A stretch of 64,000 bases of DNA, taken from positions 1,178,001 to 1,242,000 of the forward strand of contig OZ287087.1 in NCBI GenBank assembly GCA_965645245.1. The letters are read 5' to 3'. Below are positions 1 to 12,756 of the stretch, piece by piece. Made by a program: the position numbers and the translations under genes. How positions within the stretch are numbered: position 1 is the first letter of the stretch; each line of letters starts with the position of its first letter. The DNA is from Massalongia carnosa. Lineage: Eukaryota. The notes beneath the pieces are model-generated. The model was not told the DNA's origin. It saw only the letters and a list, made by a program, of their open reading frames with translations, and ran no database searches.

Positions 1-2113
1 TCCTGCAGTTTTCTTCCGTGCTCTTGCCGTATGCCAATACATTTACGTCGTCTACAAATCCTAACGCGCTCGTATTTGTGCCGGGTCTCTCGCATATCTC
101 TAAAAGGTCCGTATTGTAGAACAGGTAGAGAATAGGGGAAATAGGTGAGCCTTGAGGAATGCCCGTGCGCACCGCGAACTCCTCGGTTACTCGCCGATTT
201 ATCGTTAGTGTGGTTCTTCTTTCCTTCAGAAAGCTTGCCGTCCAGTCTGTGATCCATTTCGGGATTTTCCTTTTTCGCATATTGTGTATCAGCCTGCGAT
301 GAGACACTGTGTCGAATGCGCCTGCTACATCCATGCTGAGGAGAGTTGCCACCTTATTGTTGCCTTGTCCCGATACAGTGTGTACCTGTTCGGTGAGGAG
401 TTCGAGCGCAGACTCGGTAGATCGCCCACGCCGAGCGCCCATTTGTGTGTCCGGCAGGAGACTGTGCTGTTCCGCTATATAAGTAATCTTCCTTGCTATG
501 ACTGCTTCTAATGCCTTACCTATTGTGTTCAGTAAAGCTATGGGTCTGTATGCCTTTGGACTGGTATTGTATTTCTTTCCCGGTTTTCTGAGCGTGATCG
601 TGTTTGCTCTTTTGAACTCGCGGGGATGATACGCATGCGTGACGCAAGCCTGAAATAAAGGGGTTAGCAACTCTGCTAGCTTTGTGGAGCATGCCTTGAG
701 AATTCTGTTGGTGATCCCGTCAGGGCCCGGAGCCTTGTCGGACTAAAGACGTTGTATGTTTGTGATCACTTCATAATTTGTGATTGTCATGGGGCAATCC
801 GCGGCGGCGGGGTAGAACGACCCAGGTATGTCGCTCAAGTCGGTCGGCGGGTGGGGGGGAAAGAATTTGGCTTTCAGCATTTCCGCTTTTTCTTCGAACG
901 TCTCCGCTGTTTGCCCTTCGTGCCTCAATGGCGGCATTTTCGGTATCTCGCGGGGCTTCTGACTCTCGTCTTTTGCCCATCTTGCTAGCTTCCATATGCC
1001 TAACGGCGACTCGGTGGCTTTGCTTATCTCTTTGCGAAATGAGAGCGTTTCAGCTTTTTGGATTATCTTTTGCTTCTTGTCGTTGGACTTCATATATGCC
1101 TTCCAGTCGTCTAAGTGGCGCGATGACGACCAGACGCGGCGCAATTTGCGAGTCTTGCGGGTGGCGCGGTTGCATTCTTCGTTCCAAAAGGGTTTCGCAT
1201 ATTCGCTGGGTCTGGCCCAGGGGACGGAGGCGGTTATGATTTTCTGCAGTAACTCTTGAATTGTATGGGCGTACTCATCTATTTCTGCGGTTGAGCGGGG
1301 GTGGGTCACGGGCGGGGCGTTGCTTTCAGCCTCCCTCAATTTCTCCATGTTCAGCAGCTTCCATCCTCTGCGCTTTACTTTCGTTAGCTGTTCACTCTCG
1401 AGAAGAATGCGAGTGGATATCGGAATGTGATCAGAGGATTGATTCATTTCCGGTCTTGACATGCAGTGTTCCAGTTTTTCCGCCAGAAATTCCGACATGA
1501 ATACTAGATCTATAGTGCTAAAAGAGTTCCGGGCCTCCCACGTGACGGTTCCTTTGGGCAGCGTCAGTGAGAGGTCAAATTCTTCTACTATATCCAATAA
1601 CTGATCTGCGGCTGCGTGTTGTGTTGGCCTTATGATTCCATTCCAAAAGTGGTGGTAAAGATTGAATTCGTCGAGAAGAACGTGCTGTGCGTCTGCGGCA
1701 AGCTGCTGGCGTACGACGGGGAGTGTTGACGGGCTGTCTGTGGACGAATAAGAGGACGGGGACGGGTTGTAAACGTTATGAATGTGCAGCACTTTTGTAA
1801 CCCCATCGGTACACACGTTCAATTTCAACGTGCATAGATCTGCGGTAGGGAATTCTACTTCCCAGCTTTCCGGGTCTATTTTCTCGTTAACGTAAAAACA
1901 TACGCGTGTGTCACTGCCGGGATGATACAGGAGGTGAAATCAACTTTGATGTGAGCTGAGCGTTGTAGGAGCGTGCGTGCTCCGCCACGGTTCCTGTATT
2001 GCTATAACATCGTAGTTCTGCGTGTTTAAATCTTCCAAAAGTGGAATTATTGTGCTTACTCGATCATTTCTGACGTTGTACTGTAGTATATTAATGGAGT
2101 TTATGTCCTTCAT
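1..2113 (-). pseudogene. LINE ORF2 (endonuclease + start of RT), interrupted
   Basis: ATG at 2113 overlaps the ORF1 stop (ATGA). In-frame stops near 1945 and at 743-745. ORF 743-1828 is clearly similar to ORF2 of 42029-45403. Confidence 0.88.
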
Positions 2114-3703
2114 AAATCTCCTTCTTCCATTACGTCCGTTGCCGGGGCGGTGGGGTGGTCCGATTCTGGGTCGGCGGGGGAGGGAGATGATTCAAGAGTC
2201 GGCGGGGGGGGGGCCAGATCCGTGCGGAACGGGGCGGGTATTGCTGCGGTTGGTGTGTTTGTTGGTCTGCCAAGAGTTGGCTTTGCCATCGCTCTTTGCA
2301 TGTTCATGGGTTTCATGATCTCCGTGTCCTTCCATGACATGCCCGCTTCGCGGCTGGGACCTGCCGAGGAGACTTCTTGGGAACCCGCTGGGGCGGTTTT
2401 CCTTTTCTTGTTGGTGACGACCTTCCAGGAACCGTTGACAGGTCTCTCCGTTGCCTGCCCTGGTGTTGCGCTGCATTCCTTGTCCGTTGAGGTTTGAGCC
2501 GAGAAGATGAATGACCGCGCTACGATCGGGTCGCCCGTGACGAAGAGCTGGGATGAGCTTTTCCTGGCCTTCTCTATCTTGCTTATTTCTACTGAGTTTA
2601 CATGTTGGGGCCCACGCTACGTGGCCTCTCTCCTCGTTGCATGCGCACCATTTGTGTTTACCTGTTGTTTCTGGGTTGCATTCGTTGGTCGAGTGCCCGC
2701 CGGCGCAGAGCCCGCACGCCGTTGGGTTGCGGCAGCGTTTTGCTATGTGTCCGTATTTATAGCAGTTGAAGCACTGCGTTAGCTTGCAACTTTTTACCAA
2801 TTTTTCGCAATTCTTAATCTCATGATCAACGAAGAAGCCCTCGGTGATGAGGCGGTTCGCCATCGCGGGAGTCTCTACTTCTACATGCAGCGACGAGTAT
2901 GTCTTCGTTTCTTTGATGGCCCTGAACGACCAGGCGATTCTCGTGATTTTTAGGCCTGAGCGTAATCGTGCGTTAGCTGCCTGCAGGTACTGTATGGTTT
3001 GATTCTGATTGGTGGCATCGATATGTGCCATCTTTACTCCGCTAGCTCGCACTGCATAGGTGCGGCGTTGGACTATAGTAGACGCCGCAATCGCAGTGGT
3101 CTATTCAGTGTTTTCATATAAGGTCTTCTTGACCTCTGCTGATTCTGTGTGAATTCGTATGTCTCCGCTTGTAAGTCGCGATATTCCCACTATCCCTTCG
3201 ACGTTTTTCCGCAGCGATTCCACCAACTCCTGAGTGGGCATCTGTCTCACTATTTCTCGATCGGCCTCGTTCGTGACTCGTAGTGTGATCTCCCGGGCCT
3301 TTTTGGCCTCGCCGGGGGATTGCTCTTTGGTTTTTTGGGGTTTGGGGTGCTTAAGATTGTACGTCGGGCTTTCCCCGGCCTGGTTCTGGGGCGCCAGCGG
3401 GGAGGCCGCGGCGGCGTAGCTTGTGGGGGGCTCGTTATTCTTTTTGGTGCCTTCTATGCGATTAAGTACGTTTCTTATGTCCCGTAGGGACTCTGTTACC
3501 GTGACGGTGTCTTCGTTTTCTGAATTAATATGAAGCTGGGCTTGCAACGTGGCTTTAACCTCCTTCAACAGAGTTTACGCCACCGGGTCTCCTACGCTGT
3601 TACCGGGCTTTAAGTACTCATCTATCTTTGCTCCCAAGAGCTTTATCTTCTCCTCCTGCTCCTTCTAGCGTTTGTCACGGTCTTGCGCGACTGTGTTTAT
3701 CAT
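2110..3703 (-). pseudogene. LINE ORF1 (gag-like, zinc knuckles), broken by stops/frameshifts
   Basis: ORF pieces 3101-3568, 2192-3052 and 2110-2340 are collinear with intact ORF1 61217-62839. Confidence 0.88.
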
Positions 3704-4321
3704 TTTCGAAGTTTTTCGTGAATGTATGTATGTATCAATCCTCTTATAGACGGGTAAAAGTACCAATTTGCTGCAAGAGTCCGTCAATTGTCTTTTTACT
3801 TCCTTATCCCAATTCTATTCGTTTCTAGTATCCGTATGACTTTTCTCTAGGTAGATCATAACAATTCAGACCTCTGATGTTTACGACGAAACGATTTTTT
3901 AAAACGTTATCGATTTTTTTTCGGACGATAAAAACAGAATAACTGAATAAAGTATGTGTATTGATTTATATTAAACGTTTCTGTCAATGCATTTAGTCAA
4001 AGATTTTATCTATTATTCTCCTGTCATTTATTTTCAGAAGATAGATCTTGAATTTTTCAGAGAAATTAAAATGTCAACCCTTGCGAAGAGGTAACTTCAT
4101 TTACTGATTTATAGTAATATTAATGAAGTCTTCGTCCTTTTATAATGAGAGAAACTCGTCTATCAAATCTGAATAAATTCTGATTAATATCATGTGGTCA
4201 TAAATCATGACATCGTTGACTAATTTATTTTCATAATTTTTATTAGATACCGTGATAATTTTCTTAATAAAATATTCGGAAGATAATAATAAAAGATTTA
4301 ATGTAGATTAATTTTTAATAA

Positions 4322-4423
4322 ATCGGTCCACTTCCTTCTATACAATCGGTCCTCCACCTTCTACACCATCGGCCCTCCTCCTTCTACACTATCGGTCCTC
4401 CTCCTTCTACAATATCGGTCCTC
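4322..4423 (+). repeat. 23-bp minisatellite, ~4.5 copies (ATCGGTCCTCCTCCTTCTACACT-like)
   Basis: Units start at 4322, 4345, 4368, 4391 and 4414 (partial). Confidence 0.85.
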
Positions 4424-6125
4424 ACCACGGAGAAGCCAAAGGCCTTACCGTGGGCCGACCGTTAAAAATAAAGATTTGCTCCGTTCTCTTCGCATCAAAA
4501 CAATGCTAATTTAACGCTTTCACAAACGTCGCAGACGTACGTACGGAAGAGGATATGAAGGCCTACCGCCGGGGGGTCGAATGCGCACTTCCCCGCTCTA
4601 CGCTTCTAAGGGCTCAAGTCTATTTATGCAGTTATCAGCTGGAAGAAGATATGGATCAAAGGAGCCGCATTACCCCCCACCCGAGCACGGTCGAAACGCG
4701 TTCTAGCTCCTGATTACGCCGCGTAACGGTATAGAAAGGTTGAGTAGAACTCTACCGGGTCTGTGGCAAGTAAGGTTATGAGTCAGGTGATTAGTCATGT
4801 GGTCGGGTGCTGGCCTCTTGGCGTTCCGGTTATATGAGTCTATTTCTCGCACTTTCCTTATTATCTTTCGGGATATCCATCTTCGGAACAAACTGCTATC
4901 AACACATACAGCTATTATAGAAACTTTTATTCATATAGCTAGTCGGCCATTGATGGGCATGACGATTCATTTATGGATGCAGTAAGGCTCTGTTGGTTCG
5001 CTCGTTTGTTTATTTGTTTCATCCTTCTATCGTTCGCCACTACCCAGTTTTTCCCTTCACAACGGGTGGGGTTTTCGCTAACAATTTCGTTTTCGCCACC
5101 GGTTTGTTCTTTCAAAACTTAAACAGAACACCATAAATCATAGGGTTCGAAACAATGCAGAGTTCCATTCAGCAAGTGGAACCTCGAAGTGCTTTCACAA
5201 TATGATTTTATTAAAGCGGTTACGAAAGAAACTTTTTATATATGAAACATAGTTAACTGCATGCAGTACACAAATATTCAAGAATTTTGAGAATCCGACT
5301 TGATTTGATGAAGCTATTCATGAAAACAATATCAATTAACAGAAAAACCTCGAACTTCAAAAATTGAAATTTTGAAAAGTGAGTAACGCAAAAAATATCA
5401 TATATGTTAAATACGCAAAGTTGATTCGAAATTTCAAATCTTCAAGAAATTCGAGAACCGCACGTGATTTGATAAAGTTGTTAATGAAAAGAGTATTGAT
5501 TTCTTAGAAATTCAACAATATCAAAATAAAAAATATTGAAAAGTTGATAACATAAATGACGATATATGTATTAAATATGTATTTTTTACTGAGAAAGTTA
5601 AATATTTAAGAATTTTGAAAATTCGACTTGATTTGATGAAGTTATTCATGAAAACAATATCAATTAACAGAAAAACCTCGAACATCAAAATTTGAAATAT
5701 TGAAAAGTGAATAACGTAAAAATCATTATATATGTTAAATAGGCAGAATTAAATTAAAATCTTAAATCTTTAAGAATTTTAAAATCTAATTATGATTTCA
5801 TAAAGATATTCATGAAAATTTTAATTTATGTAATTTATGTTCGTGTATTTAACGTCTATAACATTTTTTACGTTATTAACTTTTCGATATTTCAAATTTT
5901 GAAGTTCGAGGATTTTGTAATAATAAATATTATTTTCATCAATAACTTCATTTAATCAGTCGAATTATCAAAACTCTTGTATATTTAATTTTCTCATTAA
6001 GAAATGTGTATTTAACATATATATAGTCTTTAACGTTACTCATTTTTCAAGATTTTTAGTTTTAATATTGATAAATTTCTAAGTAACAAATACTCTTTTC
6101 ATAAATATCTTTATCAAATCATAAT

Positions 6126-7734
6126 ATAGCGCTGAAAAAAATAGGCAAAGGAGACTATACCACGCCGAAAGCCTACTGACCAATTGCACTGCTCAACACG
6201 TTCAGTAAAGTCATGGAATCTATCATTGGATCGAAAATAATCTATCTGGCGGAAAAACACCTGCTCCTACCCGATATACAGATGGGAGCAAGGAAGGGCA
6301 GATCCACAGAGTCAGCACTAGAACTGCTAACTGAACAGGTTCACATGATTTAGGGACAGGGAAAAGACAAAGTAGCCACACTGCTAAGCATGGACGTCGC
6401 CGGCGCCTTCGATACGGTATCACGTCAACGACTAACGCACATCCTACTGAAAAGAAAAATTCCAAAATGGATCACCGACTGGTTAAACAGCTTTCTAAGC
6501 GATCGAAGCCCCACTTTAGCAATAAATCGAAAAGTCACTGGGCGTTTTGCGGTAAGATCGGGTATCCCGCAGGGCTCTCCCCTGTCATCTATTCTTTACC
6601 TATTTTACAATGCAGATCTATTGGAAATATGTGATCGACCAGGCAGAAACACAAGTGCCATAGGATTCGTAGACGACGCAAACATTTTGGCATATGGAAA
6701 AAGCACCGAGGAAAACTGCAAAACTCTAGAGGCAATACACAGATAATGTGAGATATTCATAGCGCCCATAGACACGCATCTCGACATATTACAAGCATAG
6801 CCAAGGCATCGGTTCCGAGCCGGAGGCCAATTGAAGATCATCTCCTCCGCATGCAACAAAATAGCTGACAAACTTCGAGGCATGGCAGGTCGTAAACGAC
6901 TTCAAACGCCCACACCGGGAGAGCTGAAACACATCTGGACAAAAGCCTACTGATCGAATCAAAAATAGTTCAACCACTAAAGGCACACCTACCATGGTTC
7001 GAAGTCTACCCGGCGTGGCACCGCGAAGCTACCGTTGCAGCAACGGCCCGACACAAGCAGATGCAAACAATCAAAGCACGACAAATGAAGGTCTGGAACG
7101 ACTTGTGGTGCGCATATCAAAATCGCGTCATCGAACCCTCCATAGCACAATCAGTCCCACTGAGCAAAAAACGGCTGAAAATACACACGCAGCTAAAAAA
7201 GGCAGAAAGCGCTCTAACAACTCAAATCCGCACTGGCAAAATCGGGTTAGCTGACTTCCTCTTCAAGCGACGGGTGCCCTCCGTCACCTCACCGGCCTGC
7301 TCATGTGGCTGGCACAGACAAACTCCAGAATATGTAATCATGTTCTGCAGACTTATTGACAATAGAGAACAGATGTTTCGCGCCGCCGGCACGAGCGACT
7401 ATCAGCAGCTGACCATATCATCAAAAACTCTAAAGATACTAACTGCTTGGCTAATGAAAACAGGCTTATTGAATCAATTCTCACAACAATCAACATTATT
7501 GGAAAATCAACAATAGTTGAATCTTTCTTTCTTTCTTCTCTTTTCACAAGGTATTACAGTTCCCACACGTCTTTTGCACAGCGTCTCCCGCCCGACATCG
7601 ACCCGTAGTCATAGGGACATGGTTTTTACACCTGTGAGAGGTTTTCCATGTAATATAACTTAGATAGCTTTGCCCGCATGGGCCGGGCTACGGCCGGTGT
7701 CATATCGGAGTATGAATATATCATCATCATCATC
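6126..7734 (+). mobile_element. 5'-truncated Tad1-like LINE with internal deletion
   Basis: RT fragment (GIPQGSPLS...FVDD), C-terminal CSCG..H..C motif and (ATC)n tail. 13-bp TSD ATCAAATCATAAT at 6113-6125 and 7735-7747. Confidence 0.9.
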
Positions 7735-9369
7735 ATCAAATCATAATCAAATTTTAGAATTCTTAAATTTTTAATATTCTGATCTAGTTTTGCGTATTTA
7801 ATACATATAATTTTATTTACGTTACTAACTTTTCGATATTTCAAATTTTGAAGTTCGAGATTTTTGTATTAATTTATGAATTTTGAGAATTGATAAAGAT
7901 ATTCATGAAATCAATATAAATTAATATAAAAACCTAACAGTAGTATTCTCTGGAATCCTCCGATGTTCCACTCAGGGAACCTTTCCGATTGGACGGCGGA
8001 GCCGGAAAATCATTTTCCGAATAGAATCCTGCAGAGTTCTATTCGGCGAGTGGAACCTCGAAGTGTTTTCAAAATATGATTTTATTAAAGCGGTAACTTA
8101 AGAAACTTTTTACATATGAAACATAGTAAACTGCATGCAGTACACAAATATTCAAGAATTATGAGAATTCGACTTGATTTAATGAAGTTATTCATGAAAA
8201 CAATGTCAATTAACAGAAAAACCTCGAACTTCAAAATTTGAAAATTTGAAAAGTGAGTAACGCAAAAAACATTATATATGTGAAATACGCATAATTGAAT
8301 TGAAATTCTAAATCTTCAAGAAATTTGAAAATTGACTACGATTTAATAAACATACTAATGAAAACAGTATTAATTAACAGAAAAACCTCGAACTTCAAAA
8401 ACTGAAAATTTGAAAAGTGAGTAACGTAAAAAACATTATATATGTTAAATACGCAAAATTAAATCGAAATTATAAATCATCAAGAAATATAAGAGTATCA
8501 CGTGATCTGATAAAGTTAGTAATGAAAAGATTATTGATTTCTTAAAAACTCAACAATATTATAATAAAAACAGTAAAAAGTTGATAACGTAAAAACGATA
8601 TATATGTTAAATATGCATTTTTTTTGAGAAAATCAAATATTTAAAAATTTTGAAAATTTGACTTGACTTGATAACGATATTCATGAAAAACCCTAACAGT
8701 AGTATTCTCTAGAACCCTTCGATGTTCCACTCGGGGAATCTTTCCGATTGGACGGCGGAGGCGGAAAAATATTTTCCGAATGGAATCCTGCCGAGTTTCA
8801 TTCAGCGAGTGGAACCTCGAAGTGTTTTCACAATATGATTTTATTAAATCGGTAACGTAAGAAACTTTTTATATATGAAACATAGTTAACTGCATGCAGT
8901 ATACAAATCCTCAAAAATTTTGAGAATTCGACTTGATTTGATGAAGTTTTTCATGAAAACAATGTCAATTAATAGAAAAACCTCGAACTTCAAAAATTGA
9001 AATTTTGAAAAGTGAGTAACACAAAAAACATTATATGTGTTAAATACGCAAATTTGAATCGAAATTTCAAATCTTCAAGAAATTTGAAAATATCACGTGA
9101 TTTAATAAAGTTATTAATGAAAAGAGTATTGATATCTTAAAAATTCAACAATATCAAAATAAAAAACATTGAAAAACTGATAACGTAAATAACAATATAT
9201 ATTTTAAATATGCATATTTTACAAAAAAGATTAAATATTCAAGAGTTTTAAAAATCTGACTTGATTTGATGAAGTTATTCATGAAAACAATATCGAATAA
9301 TACAAAAACCACGAACTTCAAATTTTGAAATTTTGAAAAGTGAGTAACGCAAAAAATAATATATATGTT

Positions 9370-9953
9370 GATGATGATGATGATGATGATGTATTCATAC
9401 TCCAATATGACACCGACCGTAGGCCGGCCCATGCGGGCAAAGCTATCTAAGTTATATTACATGGAAAACTTTTACAGGTGTAAAAACCATGTCCCTTGAT
9501 ACCCGTCCGATGTGACTACGTGTCGACGTCGGGCGGGAGACGCAGTGCAAAAGACGTGTGGGAACTTTAATGCCTTGTGAAAACAGAAGAAAGAAAGAAA
9601 GGTACAACTATTGTTGATTTTACATTAATGTTGATTTTAGTAAGAATTGATTCAATAAGCCTGTTTTAATTAGCCAAGCAGTTAGTATCTTCGGAGTTTT
9701 TGATGATTTGGTCAGCTTCTGATAGTCGCTCGTGCCGGCGGCGCGAAACATCTGTTCTCTATTGTCAATAAGTCTGCAGAACATGATTACATGTTCTGGA
9801 GTTTGTCTGTGCCAGCCACATGAGCAGGCCGGTGAGGCGACGGAGGGAACCCGTTGCTTGTAGATGAAGTCAGCTAACCCGATCTTGCTAGTGCGGATTT
9901 GAGTTGTTAGAGCGCTTTCGGCCTTTTTTAGCTGCGTGTGTATTTTCAGCCGT
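9370..9953 (-). mobile_element. Short 3' LINE fragment (ORF2 end, 3'UTR, (ATC)n tail)
   Basis: Reverse complement of the 7170-7735 segment. (GAT)n at 9370-9391. TSD imperfect. Confidence 0.85.
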
Positions 9954-10452
9954 TATTATATATGATAAATACGCAAAATTAAATCAAAATCTTAAATCTT
10001 CACGATTTTCGAAAATAAGTTATGATTTGATGAAGTTATTTAAGAAAACAATATTAATTATTACAAAAATCTCGAAATTTAAAATTGAAATTTTGAAAAA
10101 TAAATAACGTAACAATCGTTATGTAAGTAAAATACGCAAAAATGCGTCAAAATCACAAATCTTTAAAAAATTGTATACATAGAATCGCGGTTAAAGATTC
10201 AAACTACAGCAAAATTGATAAACGTGTCTTTATTCGCGTAATTTTAAAGATTCAAATCTAACGAATTTAATGTTAAGACTAAATACGAACAGTATGATTA
10301 TATGAGGTTTATGTAGCTGTTGCTGATCAATAACAAGAAAATTCCTGAGAAAAAGTAGGGTGTGAGAATGAATCAAGTAAATTGATCAGTGATCTTCGAA
10401 AGAAATGAGCAATAAATTCTTTATTTTATAGTTTCATCTCGATCAGATCACG

Positions 10453-10755
10453 TCTAACCTATATGCGTAATTGAACTGAAGGTCTCATTCAATAAAACTG
10501 TTAGTGATCAGATTTACTTAAGCGGCGTACTTGTAATCTGAGGAAACCTCATTGAATTAGTTTCTATTTTCTCAATTCATTTACAAGAAGTGTTAGAATT
10601 TCTTTCAAAAATTTGAAGCAGATAGCCCGTTCTCGAAATTGTAACATATGTTTCAAGAAAAAAAAATTAGATCATTGCTTGATTTTAGAAAAATCGCGAC
10701 GCAAAGAATGTTTGAGAAGGTTTTCAGCGACGAAAGTACAGAAAAATCATAACTC
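10453..10755 (+). repeat. Decayed copy of ~300-bp module found intact upstream of the central helicase gene
   Basis: TCTAACCTATATGCGTAATTGAA...GATTTACTTAAGCGGCGTACTT...AACTC matches 34382-34683 with many C>T/G>A changes. Confidence 0.88.
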
Positions 10756-11260
10756 TAGCAGTAGTATTCTCTGGAACCGTCCGAAGTTCCACTCAGGGAA
10801 TCTTTCCGATTAGACGGCGGAGCCGGAAACACATTTTCCGAATGGAATCCTGCAGAGTTCCATTCAGCGAGTAGAACCTCGAAGTGTTTTCACAATATCT
10901 TTTTATTAAAGTGGTAACGTAAGAAACTTTTTATATATGAATAATAGTTAACTGCATGCAGTACACAAATATTTAAGAATTTTGAGATTCAGACTTGATT
11001 TGATGAAGTTATTCATGAAAACAATGTCAATTAACAGAAAAACCTCGAACTTCAAAAATTGAAAATTTGAAAAGTGAGTAACGCAAAAAAACATTTAATA
11101 TGTTAAATACGCAAATTTGAATCGAAATTTCAAATCTTCAAGAAATTTGAAAATATCACGTAATCTGATAAAGTTATTAATGAAAGGAGTATTGATATCT
11201 TAAAAATTCAACAATGTCAAAATAAAAAACATTGAAAAACTGATAACGTAAATAACAATA

Positions 11261-12756
11261 ATGATTATGATCATGATCATGTTGATGTATTCATATTCCG
11301 ATATGATACCGGCCGTAGGCCCGCTCATGCGGGGAAAGCTATCTAAGTTATGTTAAATGGAAAACCTTTCAAAGGTGTAAAAACCATGTCCCTTGATACC
11401 CGTCCGATGTGACTACGGGTCGACGTCGGGCGGGAGACGCAGTGCAAAAGACTTGTGGGAACCGTAATGCCTTGTGAAAAGAGAAGAAAGAAAGAAAGGT
11501 TCAACTAATGTTAATTTTACAATAATGAAAATGCTAGTGAGAATTGATTCAATAAGCCTGTTTTCAATAGCCAAGCAGTTAGTATCTTCAGAGTTTTTGA
11601 TTATTTGGTCAGCTGCTGATACTCGCTCGTGCCAGCGGCGCGAAACATCTGTTCTCTATTGTCAATAAGTCTGCAGAACATGATTACATGTTCTGGAGTT
11701 TGTCTGTGCCAGCCACATGAGCAGGCCGGTGAGGCGATGGAGGGCAACCGTCGCTTGTAGAGGAAGTCAGCTAACCCGATTTTGGCAGTGCGGATTTGAG
11801 TCGTTAGAGCGCTTTCTGCCTTTTTTAGCTGCGTGTATATTTTCAGCCGATTTTTGCTCAGTGGGACTGATTGTGCTATGGAGGGTTCGATGAGGCGATT
11901 TTGATATGCGCACCACGATTCGTTCCAGAACTTCATTTATCGTGCTTTGATTGTTTGCATCTGCTTGTGTCGGGCCGTTGCCGCAACGGTAGCTTCGCGG
12001 TGCAACGCCGGGTAGACTTCGAACTATGTTTGGTGTGCCTTTGGTAGTTGAACTATTTTTGAGTCGATCACTAGGCTTTTGGCCCAGATGTGTTTCAGCT
12101 CTCCCGGGGTAGGCTTACGAAGTTGATTGCGACCTGCCTTGCCTCGAAGTTTGTCAGCTATTTTGTTGCATTTAGCGAAGATGATTGTTTTGCATGACGG
12201 AGAGCTTTCTCGTTGACGTTTTTGACTTTTTGACTTCTTTAGGCATGTGCCATACGGTTGACCCATATATCATGGCCGGACGCACCACGGCACTGTAAAT
12301 CTGCCTTGCCTTGGCGAAGGTGGCACCCTAGGTTGATTTGGAAATTTTTGTCAATGCCATGGATTTTTTGACCATTTTCTCTTGCGTTTTGCGAACGTGC
12401 GGTCCCCATTTCAATTTGGTGTCGATTTGTAGGCCCAATACTCTGATATCCGTTTTAGGTTCAATTTCGGTGCTAGCAATATTGATGGATGCAGTCATGT
12501 TGAATCTTATGGGATTTCTAGACAAGTGTATGAGTTCGTACTTCGTCGGAGCGAATACGGACCCGTGCCGGGAAGATCACGTCTCACATTGTCTGTGTAT
12601 TGCCTCTAGAGTTTTGCAGTTTTCCTCGGATCTTTTTCCATATGCCAAAATGTTTGCGTCGTCTACGAATTCTATTGCACTTGTGTTTTTGCCTGGTCGA
12701 TCACATATTTCCAATAGATCTGCATTGTAAAATAGGTAAAGAATGGATGAAAGGGG
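11261..12756 (-). mobile_element. 5'-truncated LINE, shared by both arms (mirror at ~58693-60321)
   Basis: RT-to-3'UTR fragment with degenerate tail. TSD GTAAATAACAATA at 11248-11260 and 12757-12769. Internal deletion near 12187 relative to the mirror copy. Confidence 0.88.

Larger units (their letters stand above)
1..3720 (-). mobile_element. Tad1-like LINE (non-LTR retrotransposon), degenerate, 3' part beyond window start
   Basis: Minus-strand gag-like ORF1 fragments with CCHC knuckles (CFNCYKYGHIAKRC) and APE endonuclease/RT ORF2 fragments (HNVYNP, TIDL, SDHIPI; RT codons at 1-740). Same family as the copy at 61199+. The 5' limit is approximate. Confidence 0.92.

Noticed and set aside
1..3720. 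This LINE and the one at 61199-64000 as mirror-image parts of the palindrome
   Set aside because: The mirror of 61198 is 10380, not 3720. Their 5' flanks differ and the proteins differ at many positions, so they are independent insertions of one family.
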